Shown here: positions 30,589 to 39,923 of the stretch, one piece after another | Position numbering within the stretch: position 1 is the first letter of the stretch | Layout: the number at the start of each line of letters is the position of its first letter | From: an uncultured Clostridia bacterium | GTDB taxonomy: Bacteria; Bacillota; Clostridia; Christensenellales; CAG-917 | Assembly: GCA_963545485.1 (NCBI GenBank) | Contig: CAUUJG010000001.1 | Span: 35,919-99,918 of the forward strand | Length of the DNA: 64,000 bases | Reading direction: 5' to 3' | The notes under the pieces: model-generated | Told to the model about the DNA's origin: nothing | The model's database searches: none | Seen by the model: only the letters and a program-made list of their open reading frames with translations | Translations under genes and position numbers: made by a program

Positions 30589-30616
30589 GTAAAATATAGA
30601 TAGATTCGGAGGCAAA

Positions 30617-31912
30617 ATGCTAAAAAGAAAGTTAGAAGAAGAGCTTAAAGTTTGGAGGAATAAAGACAATAAAAAATGCTTAATAATAGAGGGTGCGAGG
30701 CAAGTAGGTAAAACTTTTACAATAAGACGCTTTGCAGAGCAGTATTACGATAACTATATTGAACTAAATTTTATAAACAAACCATCATACTGCAAAATTT
30801 TTGATGGTGATTTAGATGTTGAAACAATTCGAACGAATATCTCTTTATATTGTGGATTTGAAACGAAAACACATCAAGGTCGAACATTAATATTCTTAGA
30901 TGAAATACAAGTATGTCCAAATGCGATAACGGCGCTTAAATTTTTTAGCATTGATGGAAGTTTTGATGTCATTGCATCAGGGTCCTTATTGGGGATAAGT
31001 TATAGCAAAGTTGCATCATATCCTACAGGTTATGTTCAACATTTGCAAATGTATCCTTTAACATTTGAAGAATTTTTATGGGCAAATGGAGTGTCGGATG
31101 AAATAATTTTAAAGTTGCAAAAATGTTATGAAAATGTAGAAGAAGTTAATGCGGCAATGAATGCCAAAATACAGGATTTATTTAAACAATATATGGTAGT
31201 AGGCGGGATGCCAGAAGTTGTAAATTCTTTTGTTACAGAACATAACTATGCAACAGTATTAAAAATTCAAAGGGCAATAGTTAAAGATTATGAAAACGAC
31301 ATTGCAAAATATGCCGAATCAGGCGAAAAAGTTAAGGCTAAAGCATGCTTCAAAAGCATTCCGGTACAACTATCAAGAACAAACAAAAAGTTCATGTATA
31401 GCATAGTAGAGAAGAACAGCAAGAGTTCAAAGTACATTGATAGTGTTAATTGGCTTATAGATGCCGGCATTGTTGCCAAGTGCAACAATCTCTCAAGATT
31501 GGAGCTACCGCTAACGGGATATGCACAAGAAAATAATTTTAAAATATACATGAGTGATACAGGTTTGCTGGTATCAATGCTTGATGATGAAACAAATGTA
31601 CAAATAATCGAAGGGAATTTAGGCATATACAGTGGTGCAGTTTTTGAAAATGTTGTTGCTCAAATATTGAGAGCACATTCAAGGCAGTTATACTTTTTTA
31701 ATAGGAACAATTCATTGGAAATAGATTTTGTTATTTCACAAGATAGAAAAGTAATTCCCATAGAAGTAAAAGCAGGCAATAATAAAGCAAAATCATTAAG
31801 AGTACTTTTGGATGAAAATCCAACAATGCAAGGAATTAAACTTGTTAATGGGAATGTTGGGTATAGGGACAGAGCAACCACATATCCGCATTACATGTCT
31901 ATGTTTATATAA
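30617..31912 (+). CDS. AAA-type ATPase with DUF4143-like C-terminal region (paralog 2)
   Basis: Walker A GARQVGKT and Walker B LIFLDEIQ. GGAGG SD. Same family as 27782..29050. Confidence 0.8.
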   Translation: MLKRKLEEELKVWRNKDNKKCLIIEGARQVGKTFTIRRFAEQYYDNYIELNFINKPSYCKIFDGDLDVETIRTNISLYCGFETKTHQGRTLIFLDEIQVCPNAITALKFFSIDGSFDVIASGSLLGISYSKVASYPTGYVQHLQMYPLTFEEFLWANGVSDEIILKLQKCYENVEEVNAAMNAKIQDLFKQYMVVGGMPEVVNSFVTEHNYATVLKIQRAIVKDYENDIAKYAESGEKVKAKACFKSIPVQLSRTNKKFMYSIVEKNSKSSKYIDSVNWLIDAGIVAKCNNLSRLELPLTGYAQENNFKIYMSDTGLLVSMLDDETNVQIIEGNLGIYSGAVFENVVAQILRAHSRQLYFFNRNNSLEIDFVISQDRKVIPIEVKAGNNKAKSLRVLLDENPTMQGIKLVNGNVGYRDRATTYPHYMSMFI

Positions 31913-31920
31913 TGAGCAAG

Positions 31921-31954
31921 AAAAAACAAAAAAGCTCAGCTAGAGACTGAGCTT
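31921..31954 (-). terminator. intrinsic terminator of the tRNA-Gln/tRNA-Lys transcript
   Basis: AAGCTCAG-N7-CTGAGCTT hairpin. On the minus strand it is followed by TTTTTTGTTTTTT. Confidence 0.75.
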
Positions 31955-31958
31955 GGAT

Positions 31959-32034
31959 TGGTGACCCACCGGAGGCTCGAACTCCGGACAACCGCATTAA
32001 AAGTGCGATGCTCTACCTACTGAGCTAGTGAGTC
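31959..32034 (-). tRNA. tRNA-Lys (anticodon TTT), CCA encoded
   Basis: The reverse complement GACTCACTAGCTCAGTAGGTAGAGCATCGCACTTTTAATGCGGTTGTCCGGAGTTCGAGCCTCCGGTGGGTCACCA folds as a cloverleaf with anticodon loop CTTTTAA. Confidence 0.93.
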
Positions 32035-32038
32035 ATTT

Positions 32039-32113
32039 TGGCAGGGATGGCAGGATTTGAACCTACGAATGTCAGAATCAAAATCTGATGCCTTACCGCT
32101 TGGCGACACCCCT
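32039..32113 (-). tRNA. tRNA-Gln (anticodon TTG), CCA encoded
   Basis: The reverse complement AGGGGTGTCGCCAAGCGGTAAGGCATCAGATTTTGATTCTGACATTCGTAGGTTCAAATCCTGCCATCCCTGCCA has anticodon loop TTTTGAT. Very similar to classical bacterial tRNA-Gln. Confidence 0.93.
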
Positions 32114-32302
32114 AGGTGACTGTCGTATCACATCAATGCCTACAGATATGACCTGTTAATTATAATAGGCGATAAATAAAATAACAAGCCAAAAAGGTAA
32201 TAATGAAAAATTAACTTTTAAAAAAGTATAAGTAATTTTTTAATATATATGTAAAAATGTATGATTTAAGGACAAACAGCGAGTCGTGAAATAGGTAATT
32301 TG

Positions 32303-32338
32303 TTGACACTAATTTTATAAGTTTAATATAATAAACTT
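32303..32338 (+). promoter_or_regulatory. promoter of the ABC/lipoprotein block, with a palindrome overlapping the -10
   Basis: TTGACA (32303-32308), 18 nt, TATAAT (32327-32332). The ATG lies only 10 nt downstream and has no SD. Palindrome AAGTTTA-ATATAA-TAAACTT spans 32319-32338. Confidence 0.65.
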
Positions 32339-32342
32339 AATT

Positions 32343-34436
32343 ATGACCAAAGAAAAAAAACACCTTGTAGAACTTAAAAATATTGGTAAAATATACGATA
32401 CAAATAACTTATATACTATAGGTATTCGTCATATAGATTTAGGATTTGATCTTAATGAATTTGTTACTGTAGAAGGCGAATCTGGATCTGGAAAATCCAC
32501 ATTATTAAATGTAATTGCAGCTAATGATACATATGAAGAAGGAGAGATGTATTTTAATGGGACAGAGACATCTCATTATTCAGAATTAGAGTGGGATAAA
32601 TATAGAGAAAAGAATATTTCATTTATATTTCAGGACTTCAATATAGTGGAAAACCTCACAGTTCTTGAGAATGTAGAGTTGGCATTATTCTATTTAGAAG
32701 ATGCAACAAAAAGAAAAGAACTGGCGACTGATCTTATAAATAAAGTGGGACTTGCAAAACAGATAAATCAAAAGACAAGTAAACTATCTGGAGGAGAAAA
32801 ACAGAGAACGGTAATTGCCAGAGCTTTGGCTAAAAATTCTCCAATTATTCTAGCAGATGAACCTACTGGTAATTTGGACAGTAAGTCGGCAATGGAAATA
32901 GCAACTTTGCTTAAAGAAGTGTCAAAAGATAGGCTTGTAATAGTTGTAACACATAATGCGGAATATTTTGATAAGTATTCAACGAGAAAAATAGTATTGC
33001 ATGATGGCGGGGTTATAAGTGATAAACCAAACAATGTGAATGACGAACGATCATCAAATATTGAAATTGAAACCAAAGAAATAAATATAAGGAATACTAG
33101 AAAAAATGTATTTTGGTTAGGTGGACTAAATTATAAATCAAGACCAAAATTCACGGCACTAATGTCAGCCATTTCAGTCACATTTTCAATCGCATTATTT
33201 TTCATTATAGCCTTGTTTTCAAATAGAATAATTGAACCGATAAAACAAACAGTATCTGAGACTCCGATTGCAGGTAAAACTATAGTTAAAAAAGTAAGTA
33301 GTGAGAATTTTTCAAAAGTAGAATATGACAAGTTGCTAGATTCAGTGCACGCAAATTTTGCATTTAAAAATAACGAGTTTTCGGAAATAAATATAATAAC
33401 GGATGAAATGGATGAATATAAATCACAGAATATAACATGTCTGTATGATCCATATAAACATGATTTAAAAGAAGAAGAAGCGGTTATGTATTTGCCATAT
33501 TCACTTGCACATTATGAATCATATTTAAAAAAGATACTGAATGAACTTCAAATAGGGATTAAAAAAATAAAAATAAAGAAAACTTTAGAGCAAGGAAAAA
33601 TTAGAGTATATTTTTCAAAAAACACATTGTATAAATATGGTTTAAATTTAAAATACACATACAGCCCAATGCAGTTCGGGAATCATAACCTTAAAGTTTA
33701 CAAATATACGAAAGGAGAAGGCTTAAAACCAGGAGAAATTAGGTTGATAAATCTTAAATATTGGGCGGGAGATTTATCGGAAGTTTTTCTTGCAGCATTT
33801 GCATCACAGAAGTTTAAAATAGTGAATACAGAAGATAACACTATTGATAAATCAATACCAGGATTAGCTGTGGAGATGAATTCGGAAGACTATGAAAAAG
33901 TTTTTAATAAAGGAATCCCATTTGGGAATGAAGTGTCACTGTATTATAAGAATAATAAACTTGCAAAGCAGAAAACAGATGCGATAAGTGGGCAGTATGG
34001 ATTATTTAGATCTGACGAGAAGACATATAGAGACAAGGCAGCTGATACATTTATATTAAATGTGCTTGCTTACGCCGGTCTTGTAGTGTCTGGAATATTG
34101 TTGGGGATATTGGTAAGTATTATATTTTCAAAAAATGTCGGAGTATTAAGTGGAGATTTTGCGATATATAGGACATTGGGAATTTCGAGAAGAGATGCAA
34201 AAGCGTCATTATATATACAAATGCTATTTATATTTTTACCAAACATTATTTTGTTGCCGTTGGTTTCATTGATAGCGACTATCATCCCAAACAGTACGCT
34301 AAGCTTTATATCTCTATGGAATTACTTAATTATTGAAGTTATTATGCTTGGTATTGTTGAAATAGTTGCATTTAGGTTTAACAAAAAAATATTTAAGACA
34401 TCCATAAGAAAATCTTTAAGTAGAGGATCAAAATGA
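32343..34436 (+). CDS. MacB-type ABC transporter, fused ATPase-permease (subunit A)
   Basis: Walker A GESGSGKST, signature LSGGEKQR, Walker B ILADEPTGNLD, H-loop VVTHN. These are followed by TM1 (FTALMSAISVTFSIALFFIIALF), an extracytoplasmic region of about 290 aa, and a C-terminal FtsX-type 3-TM bundle (YRTLGISRRDA...). Confidence 0.9.
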   Translation: MTKEKKHLVELKNIGKIYDTNNLYTIGIRHIDLGFDLNEFVTVEGESGSGKSTLLNVIAANDTYEEGEMYFNGTETSHYSELEWDKYREKNISFIFQDFNIVENLTVLENVELALFYLEDATKRKELATDLINKVGLAKQINQKTSKLSGGEKQRTVIARALAKNSPIILADEPTGNLDSKSAMEIATLLKEVSKDRLVIVVTHNAEYFDKYSTRKIVLHDGGVISDKPNNVNDERSSNIEIETKEINIRNTRKNVFWLGGLNYKSRPKFTALMSAISVTFSIALFFIIALFSNRIIEPIKQTVSETPIAGKTIVKKVSSENFSKVEYDKLLDSVHANFAFKNNEFSEINIITDEMDEYKSQNITCLYDPYKHDLKEEEAVMYLPYSLAHYESYLKKILNELQIGIKKIKIKKTLEQGKIRVYFSKNTLYKYGLNLKYTYSPMQFGNHNLKVYKYTKGEGLKPGEIRLINLKYWAGDLSEVFLAAFASQKFKIVNTEDNTIDKSIPGLAVEMNSEDYEKVFNKGIPFGNEVSLYYKNNKLAKQKTDAISGQYGLFRSDEKTYRDKAADTFILNVLAYAGLVVSGILLGILVSIIFSKNVGVLSGDFAIYRTLGISRRDAKASLYIQMLFIFLPNIILLPLVSLIATIIPNSTLSFISLWNYLIIEVIMLGIVEIVAFRFNKKIFKTSIRKSLSRGSK

Positions 34437-36217
34437 TAGAACTGAAGAGTATTAACAGACAATTTAAGATAGGTGGAAAACAGTTTAATCATGTATTGAA
34501 AGATATTTCGTTGAAATTCCCAGAGAATGGACTTTGTGCAATTTATGGTAAATCCGGCTCAGGGAAAACCACCCTACTAAACATATTGGGCGGATTAGAT
34601 AGACCAAATAGTGGGAAAATTATAGTTGATGGTGAAGAATATTCTTATATAAGTGACAAAGTTAGAAATAAAAAAATAGGATTCATTTTTCAAAACTATT
34701 ATTTAGAAAGCGATACAACGATTCAGCAGGTTCTTGAGAACCAAATGCGAATTGCTGGCTTTACAGATAAAAATGAAATGATACGAAGAAGTGAAAAAGT
34801 TCTTGAATTAGTAAAGTTAAGTAGATTTAAAAATAAAACTACAGATTCGTTATCAGGTGGACAAAAACAAAGAGTTGCAATTGCAAGAGCATTAGTAAAA
34901 GGTGCAGATATAATATTAGCTGATGAGCCGACAGGAAATTTAGATAGTGAAAATACTGCGGCAGTAATGGAAATATTAAAAGAAATTTCTAAAACTAAGT
35001 TAGTCGTTCTAGTTACGCATGAGCAGAATCTAATACAGGAATATAGTGATGTTCACATAGAATTAGTTGATGGAAGTGTGACATTTTCTAATGTTGAAAC
35101 TGGAGAACATAAAACAGGACATGAAAATAGTAATATAGTTTTTGAAAAAGCAACTGGAGGTAAAACAGGAAGACTATTTTCACTTAAAAATGTAGCGAGA
35201 GTACAAAAAGTGACAAGAGAACAGAGAATGTATTCTACTGCTAACATATTTAAACAGATATTCCTCATTGCATTTGCAGTTGTGCTTTCTTTTCTCTCAA
35301 TGAAACTTTTTGAGTACAGTAAAGTGGATGTTTTGAGAAAAAATATAAAAGCAAATCAAACATTAGTTAGACTTAACGATTATCATTTCATAAGGGAGCT
35401 GGAAGATGGAACAGACCCAAGAAAGCCAGTTAAGGAATATGATGATATCGACTACTTTACTGCAGAAGATAAAAGTGGAGTATTTAGTTTGAATGGTATA
35501 TCAAGGGCGGGATCTGCAGAAGTTAACTATACTCAAAAAACGGCAAAAAATCTTAAAAATGGGGATATGCTGGTTGGTAGATTGCCGGAATTAGGTGAGA
35601 TTGTTGTTAGTAGTGGGTTGGCTGAAAAAATAAGGGAACAGTATAGACTTAAGACATTTAAACATTTGAAAACTGTTGAAATGTTGCAATTAGATGGAAA
35701 ATATAAAATTGTTGGAGTAGTGCCCGAGCAAGAATCAAATGTTTACTTTAACCAGGAAGATTACATAAATAATTTAGGGATATTTAGCGGAATAGAATTT
35801 TATGATCCCACAGAAATGTATTTTCCATCGGCATTTAAGTTTTCAAATATAACTACTAGAATAAGTCTGACAACAGTAGATACTCTTAAAAAAGATGAAG
35901 CAATTTTGGAAGTTAGTAGTACAGCACAGAGGAAAATAGGGAGCATTAAGAGTCTTGCAGATGTCAATGCAGAATTGCTTGGACAGCCTAAATTGATTCA
36001 ACTGAAAAACTCCAAGGTATTTATTAAAGAAATCAGACGAACAGAAGATAATGAATACGATTTTAATATAAAAGTTGGTAGAGAAACATTGAATGATATA
36101 TTCCATGATGTAGCCCCTAATCTGGGACGGCTTAAAAACACTGCAAGCATTGATAATTTATTTTATTTAGTAACAAATAATAATATTGATTCTCACTACA
36201 TACTAAGTCACATTTGA
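34433..36217 (+). CDS. MacB-type ABC ATPase + TM1 + extracytoplasmic domain (subunit B, lacks the FtsX bundle)
   Basis: GKSGSGKTT, LSGGQKQR, ILADEPTGNLD, LVTHE. TM at IFLIAFAVVLSFLSMKLF. The extracytoplasmic part is about 300 aa. ATGA overlap with subunit A. The ORF stops just before the expected C-terminal TM bundle. Confidence 0.85.
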   Translation: MIELKSINRQFKIGGKQFNHVLKDISLKFPENGLCAIYGKSGSGKTTLLNILGGLDRPNSGKIIVDGEEYSYISDKVRNKKIGFIFQNYYLESDTTIQQVLENQMRIAGFTDKNEMIRRSEKVLELVKLSRFKNKTTDSLSGGQKQRVAIARALVKGADIILADEPTGNLDSENTAAVMEILKEISKTKLVVLVTHEQNLIQEYSDVHIELVDGSVTFSNVETGEHKTGHENSNIVFEKATGGKTGRLFSLKNVARVQKVTREQRMYSTANIFKQIFLIAFAVVLSFLSMKLFEYSKVDVLRKNIKANQTLVRLNDYHFIRELEDGTDPRKPVKEYDDIDYFTAEDKSGVFSLNGISRAGSAEVNYTQKTAKNLKNGDMLVGRLPELGEIVVSSGLAEKIREQYRLKTFKHLKTVEMLQLDGKYKIVGVVPEQESNVYFNQEDYINNLGIFSGIEFYDPTEMYFPSAFKFSNITTRISLTTVDTLKKDEAILEVSSTAQRKIGSIKSLADVNAELLGQPKLIQLKNSKVFIKEIRRTEDNEYDFNIKVGRETLNDIFHDVAPNLGRLKNTASIDNLFYLVTNNNIDSHYILSHI

Positions 36218-36726
36218 ATAAACTAAATAATAATAATGAAAAACACAAAATGCTTAGAAACAGCATGGATGAAAAGAACTTAATTAAACCAAATTTGAAA
36301 GAGTATTATGATTTAAAGAAAGCAGACTTAAAGTCAAATTTGGCACCAGCTATATTAATTACAGTTGCGGGTGTGATGTTATTATTCCTAATCTATTATT
36401 TCATTGAAAAAGCGGAAAGCATAAAAAACAGAAAAGAATACGGTATATTGCGAGCTATTGGAGTTGGGAAAGGTAATTTGTTGTTTAAAGAGACGATGGG
36501 ATGTGTGTTTAATAATTTTATAAGCTTCACAATTTTTCTTATGATAGGATTTATATTTATCCTTGCAAGATATCTTATTCTTAATGTTGCAGTTGGATAT
36601 TTTGCATTAATAGTTTTTGCAATATATGTTGCAACTCTTGTAATATTCCTATTGATCTCATTGTCGCCATATTTATTTGTAATAAAGGATACTCCTGCAA
36701 AAATATTATCAAGGTATGATATCTGA
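36214..36726 (+). CDS. FtsX-type 3-TM permease fragment completing subunit B (split gene or frameshift)
   Basis: TTG 36214 overlaps the B stop (ATTTGA). Contains ...APAILITVAGVMLLF...YGILRAIGVGKGNL... plus two more TM segments, collinear with the C-terminus of subunit A. No independent SD. Confidence 0.6.
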   Translation: MNKLNNNNEKHKMLRNSMDEKNLIKPNLKEYYDLKKADLKSNLAPAILITVAGVMLLFLIYYFIEKAESIKNRKEYGILRAIGVGKGNLLFKETMGCVFNNFISFTIFLMIGFIFILARYLILNVAVGYFALIVFAIYVATLVIFLLISLSPYLFVIKDTPAKILSRYDI

Positions 36727-36792
36727 TAAAAAGTTAGAAAAAAATAAAAATTTTTGTTAAATAAGCTTAAATTTAGTTTTATATTTTTTATG

Positions 36793-36811
36793 AGTTTAAT
36801 ATAATTAACTT
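36793..36811 (+). promoter_or_regulatory. internal promoter-like -10 with the same palindromic motif, upstream of giant lipoprotein 1
   Basis: AGTTTAATATAATTAACTT is nearly identical to 32320-32338. TATAAT at 36800-36805. A GGAGG SD follows at 36830-36834. Confidence 0.45.
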
Positions 36812-36839
36812 AAATAATAGTAAATATTCGGAGGAATAA

Positions 36840-39800
36840 ATGAAAAAAATTAAAGTTATTGGATTAAGTATGTTTTTGCTTACGATGATGTTTGTTTTTG
36901 CTGCTTGCACAAAGAGTTTGGGAACAGTAAATTTCTTTGTTGACGGAAAGAAAGTCGGAAGCAGTAGCATTAATAGTAAATATGAATACAAACTTCCCGA
37001 GGAACCTAAAAAACCTGGTTATAGGTTTATAGGCTGGTATGAGGAGCTTGGTCATTTAAGTAAAAAATTTAAAAAAGGAACCAAAAAGAATGTACATGCA
37101 AGGTTTGAACCGATTTTGACAGAGACAAACATTGAAGGTGAAGCACCTAACAAAAGAACAATTCTTGATGTAGCTCAAAATATTCCTAAAAAAGAGAATT
37201 TAACATTCAGTGGATGGTATACGGACCCCGATTATAAGACTCCATATAAAAATCAAAATGTTGATAAGATTTATGGCAAATTTATGGCAAAAGTAACATA
37301 CCATAATGGTTATGAAGTTCTTAAAGAGGAATTGGTTGATGTAAACAATTCTATAAAAAAACCAGAAATTAACAGTGACTTTATCAAAGAATATATGGAT
37401 GAAGAAGATGTTTCATTTATGAATGGTAACTATAAATTTGATTTCGATCAAAAAATAACAAAAAACACAGTAATAGATGTAAAGTGGAGAACCAAAACAA
37501 TTAAAAATGCATATGGGCAGATTGAGGGATATCAACCGGTAGCTAACGGAGATGGGACATACAGATGGGAGGAGAAGGGTGTATCAGATCACAAATGGCC
37601 AGTTTTATCTCTACCAGGAAAAGCAACAATAGATGTAGGTGGTACTAAGGAAGAAAAAACATTTACAGGAATTAATTTTGGTCAAATAAACGAAAAAACT
37701 GAAAAAATAATTGTAGGAAAGGGAATAAAGTATATATCAGGATTAATGCCACAGTTGCACAATAATTTAAAGGAAGTTGTTTTACCAAATACATTAAAAG
37801 TAATAGAAAATTCATTTAACTACACGTTGGATGATGCAAAAGTTAATATCCCAGAAAGCGTAGAGACAATAATTCATAGTTTTTGGAAAAATTCACAGCT
37901 TTATCCCTTTGAAGGATTAAAGCATCGTAGAGATAATGTAAAAATACCTGCAAGTGTTAAACATCTCGCATTAATGCCAACAAACCTAGAGTTTGAAAGT
38001 AATGATGTTTTCGAAAAAGAAAACGATATGATTTTTAAGAAAGATGGTGGAAATAGAACATTGGTTGCAATAAATTTAACAAAAGAATATGAGCAATTTA
38101 ATATTCCTGAAGGTGTGACACATGTTCAAGTTGGAATATTTAATCATTTTGATAGATTTGCACCATCTATAAAAAGAATCAAGTTTCCATCTACATTTAA
38201 AGGTGTTAAGTACAATCCTAACGAAAATGAATATCCAGGATATTCAAACCCCAACGAGTGGTTATTTAAAGATGGGATGACAGTTGAGGAAATTGTAGCA
38301 AAATATAAAGATACTCTTAACGTAGAGGAAAAAGTTTCGATGTACACAATTGTGAATAAACTTAGCAGATATCAGTTGGTTGAGTTTAATTTAAAAGAAT
38401 ATCCTTCAGGATTAGAAGAAAATTTATTTTATGATAGTGCATTACAAAAGAACATGTCAGAAGATGAATTATTAGATAAGACATTGTTTTCTGCAAAGAA
38501 GGAAGTTGGACAACCGGTTACTGTAAAAGCATTTGTTAATCATAAGTACATACTTGAGAAAAAATTTAGAAAAGCAATTTCTTCAAAAAAGAGTGGAGAA
38601 AAGATTACATTAGAAGAAATTAAGAGTGAGCTTGGATTAGGAGCAGATGATGTTTTGTTGAATTCTTTAACAACGGGCAATCCAATAGAAAATGATGAAA
38701 TTCTCTTAGAAAGTGATATTAATTTTTATGCGGAACTATCTACGACAAAAGATGGTATAGAGATAGAAGAAGATGGTGATGGCAATGCTGTTGTAAGTGG
38801 ATTCAATAAAGACAATGCAGAACTTGATGAAGATACAAATCTTTATAATGTATATATACCAAAAATGAAAAATGGTAAAAAAGTCATTGGCATAAAGGAA
38901 GGTGCATTTAAGGGGAACAAACTTATACAAAATGTATATACAGAAGCAAATCTTGAATATATTGCTGATGAAGCGTTTATGGATGCTGAACATTTAAGAT
39001 TATTTACAACCAATAGCAACAATTTAAAGAGAATTGGGAAGAGAGCGTTCCAAGATAGTGGGTTAGAAAAAATAATACTTCCATTAAGAAATTTAGAAGA
39101 AATAGGTGAATTTGCATTTAAGTGTAGGAATCTAGAGTACTTTAAAGTCCCAGAAGAGGAAAAAAGCGATAGAATGGTTAAGAGTATTTATGGAGTATTT
39201 GGAATAGGTAAATATCTTTCAGAACGTCTTGAAAAAGGGAAATTCTATCTCAGTGGAGCAGATGCTCATTCTTATGATGGTAGTGAAAACTACACTGATC
39301 AAAGTTCTCAAATAGTTAGATATACAGGTAAGACAGTTGAAAAGGTTAAGAAGAATGCAACATCAGAAGAAACAAATGACGCTGTAGTTTTTGACTTTGA
39401 GTTGTATGCACAGGCCGCAAGAGGGGTTAGAAATGATTTTAGCGGTATGTCGTTGCAATTGGGGACAAGTATAAGACATAGAGCTAAGAATTATCCAGTA
39501 TTGGCAGATGCTCCAGTTATGAGATATACAATAAAAAAAGGGGCAGTAAGTTATTTGCCAGCGAAAGCAGATTATATACCAGATGGCGAAGATGGTAAGG
39601 GAGAAATTATAAATATTAGTTTCGGTGTAATTAAGAAAGTTGAAGAAGGGGCATTTACAGATATGGAGGCAGCATTTGGAGAGATTGATACTAATACAGG
39701 TAAGGCAAAATATTTTCAAATAGTACAACCAGATCATGACCCTGACAAGGAAGTTGATCAATGGGTATTTCCTGAAGATTTTAATGATAATAATAAGTTT

Positions 39801-39908
39801 GAAGATGGATGGTGGAATGGCATTAAGCGAGCTGATAGTAATTATAATGAAGTTATAGGTAATGCATTAAGTAATATAAATTATGATCAATATATAAAAT
39901 TTTATTAA
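36840..39908 (+). CDS. giant surface lipoprotein 1 (Flg_new/Listeria-Bacteroides repeats + BspA-type LRR)
   Basis: Signal peptide with lipobox (MMFVFAAC). GYRFIGWYEE and LTFSGWYTDPDY repeat motifs. The C-terminal half holds LRR_5-like units (IGIKEGAFKGNKLIQNVY..., IGKRAFQDSGLEKIILP...). 1022 aa. Confidence 0.85.
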   Translation: MKKIKVIGLSMFLLTMMFVFAACTKSLGTVNFFVDGKKVGSSSINSKYEYKLPEEPKKPGYRFIGWYEELGHLSKKFKKGTKKNVHARFEPILTETNIEGEAPNKRTILDVAQNIPKKENLTFSGWYTDPDYKTPYKNQNVDKIYGKFMAKVTYHNGYEVLKEELVDVNNSIKKPEINSDFIKEYMDEEDVSFMNGNYKFDFDQKITKNTVIDVKWRTKTIKNAYGQIEGYQPVANGDGTYRWEEKGVSDHKWPVLSLPGKATIDVGGTKEEKTFTGINFGQINEKTEKIIVGKGIKYISGLMPQLHNNLKEVVLPNTLKVIENSFNYTLDDAKVNIPESVETIIHSFWKNSQLYPFEGLKHRRDNVKIPASVKHLALMPTNLEFESNDVFEKENDMIFKKDGGNRTLVAINLTKEYEQFNIPEGVTHVQVGIFNHFDRFAPSIKRIKFPSTFKGVKYNPNENEYPGYSNPNEWLFKDGMTVEEIVAKYKDTLNVEEKVSMYTIVNKLSRYQLVEFNLKEYPSGLEENLFYDSALQKNMSEDELLDKTLFSAKKEVGQPVTVKAFVNHKYILEKKFRKAISSKKSGEKITLEEIKSELGLGADDVLLNSLTTGNPIENDEILLESDINFYAELSTTKDGIEIEEDGDGNAVVSGFNKDNAELDEDTNLYNVYIPKMKNGKKVIGIKEGAFKGNKLIQNVYTEANLEYIADEAFMDAEHLRLFTTNSNNLKRIGKRAFQDSGLEKIILPLRNLEEIGEFAFKCRNLEYFKVPEEEKSDRMVKSIYGVFGIGKYLSERLEKGKFYLSGADAHSYDGSENYTDQSSQIVRYTGKTVEKVKKNATSEETNDAVVFDFELYAQAARGVRNDFSGMSLQLGTSIRHRAKNYPVLADAPVMRYTIKKGAVSYLPAKADYIPDGEDGKGEIINISFGVIKKVEEGAFTDMEAAFGEIDTNTGKAKYFQIVQPDHDPDKEVDQWVFPEDFNDNNKFEDGWWNGIKRADSNYNEVIGNALSNINYDQYIKFY

Positions 39909-39923
39909 AAATCGGGATTTAGT

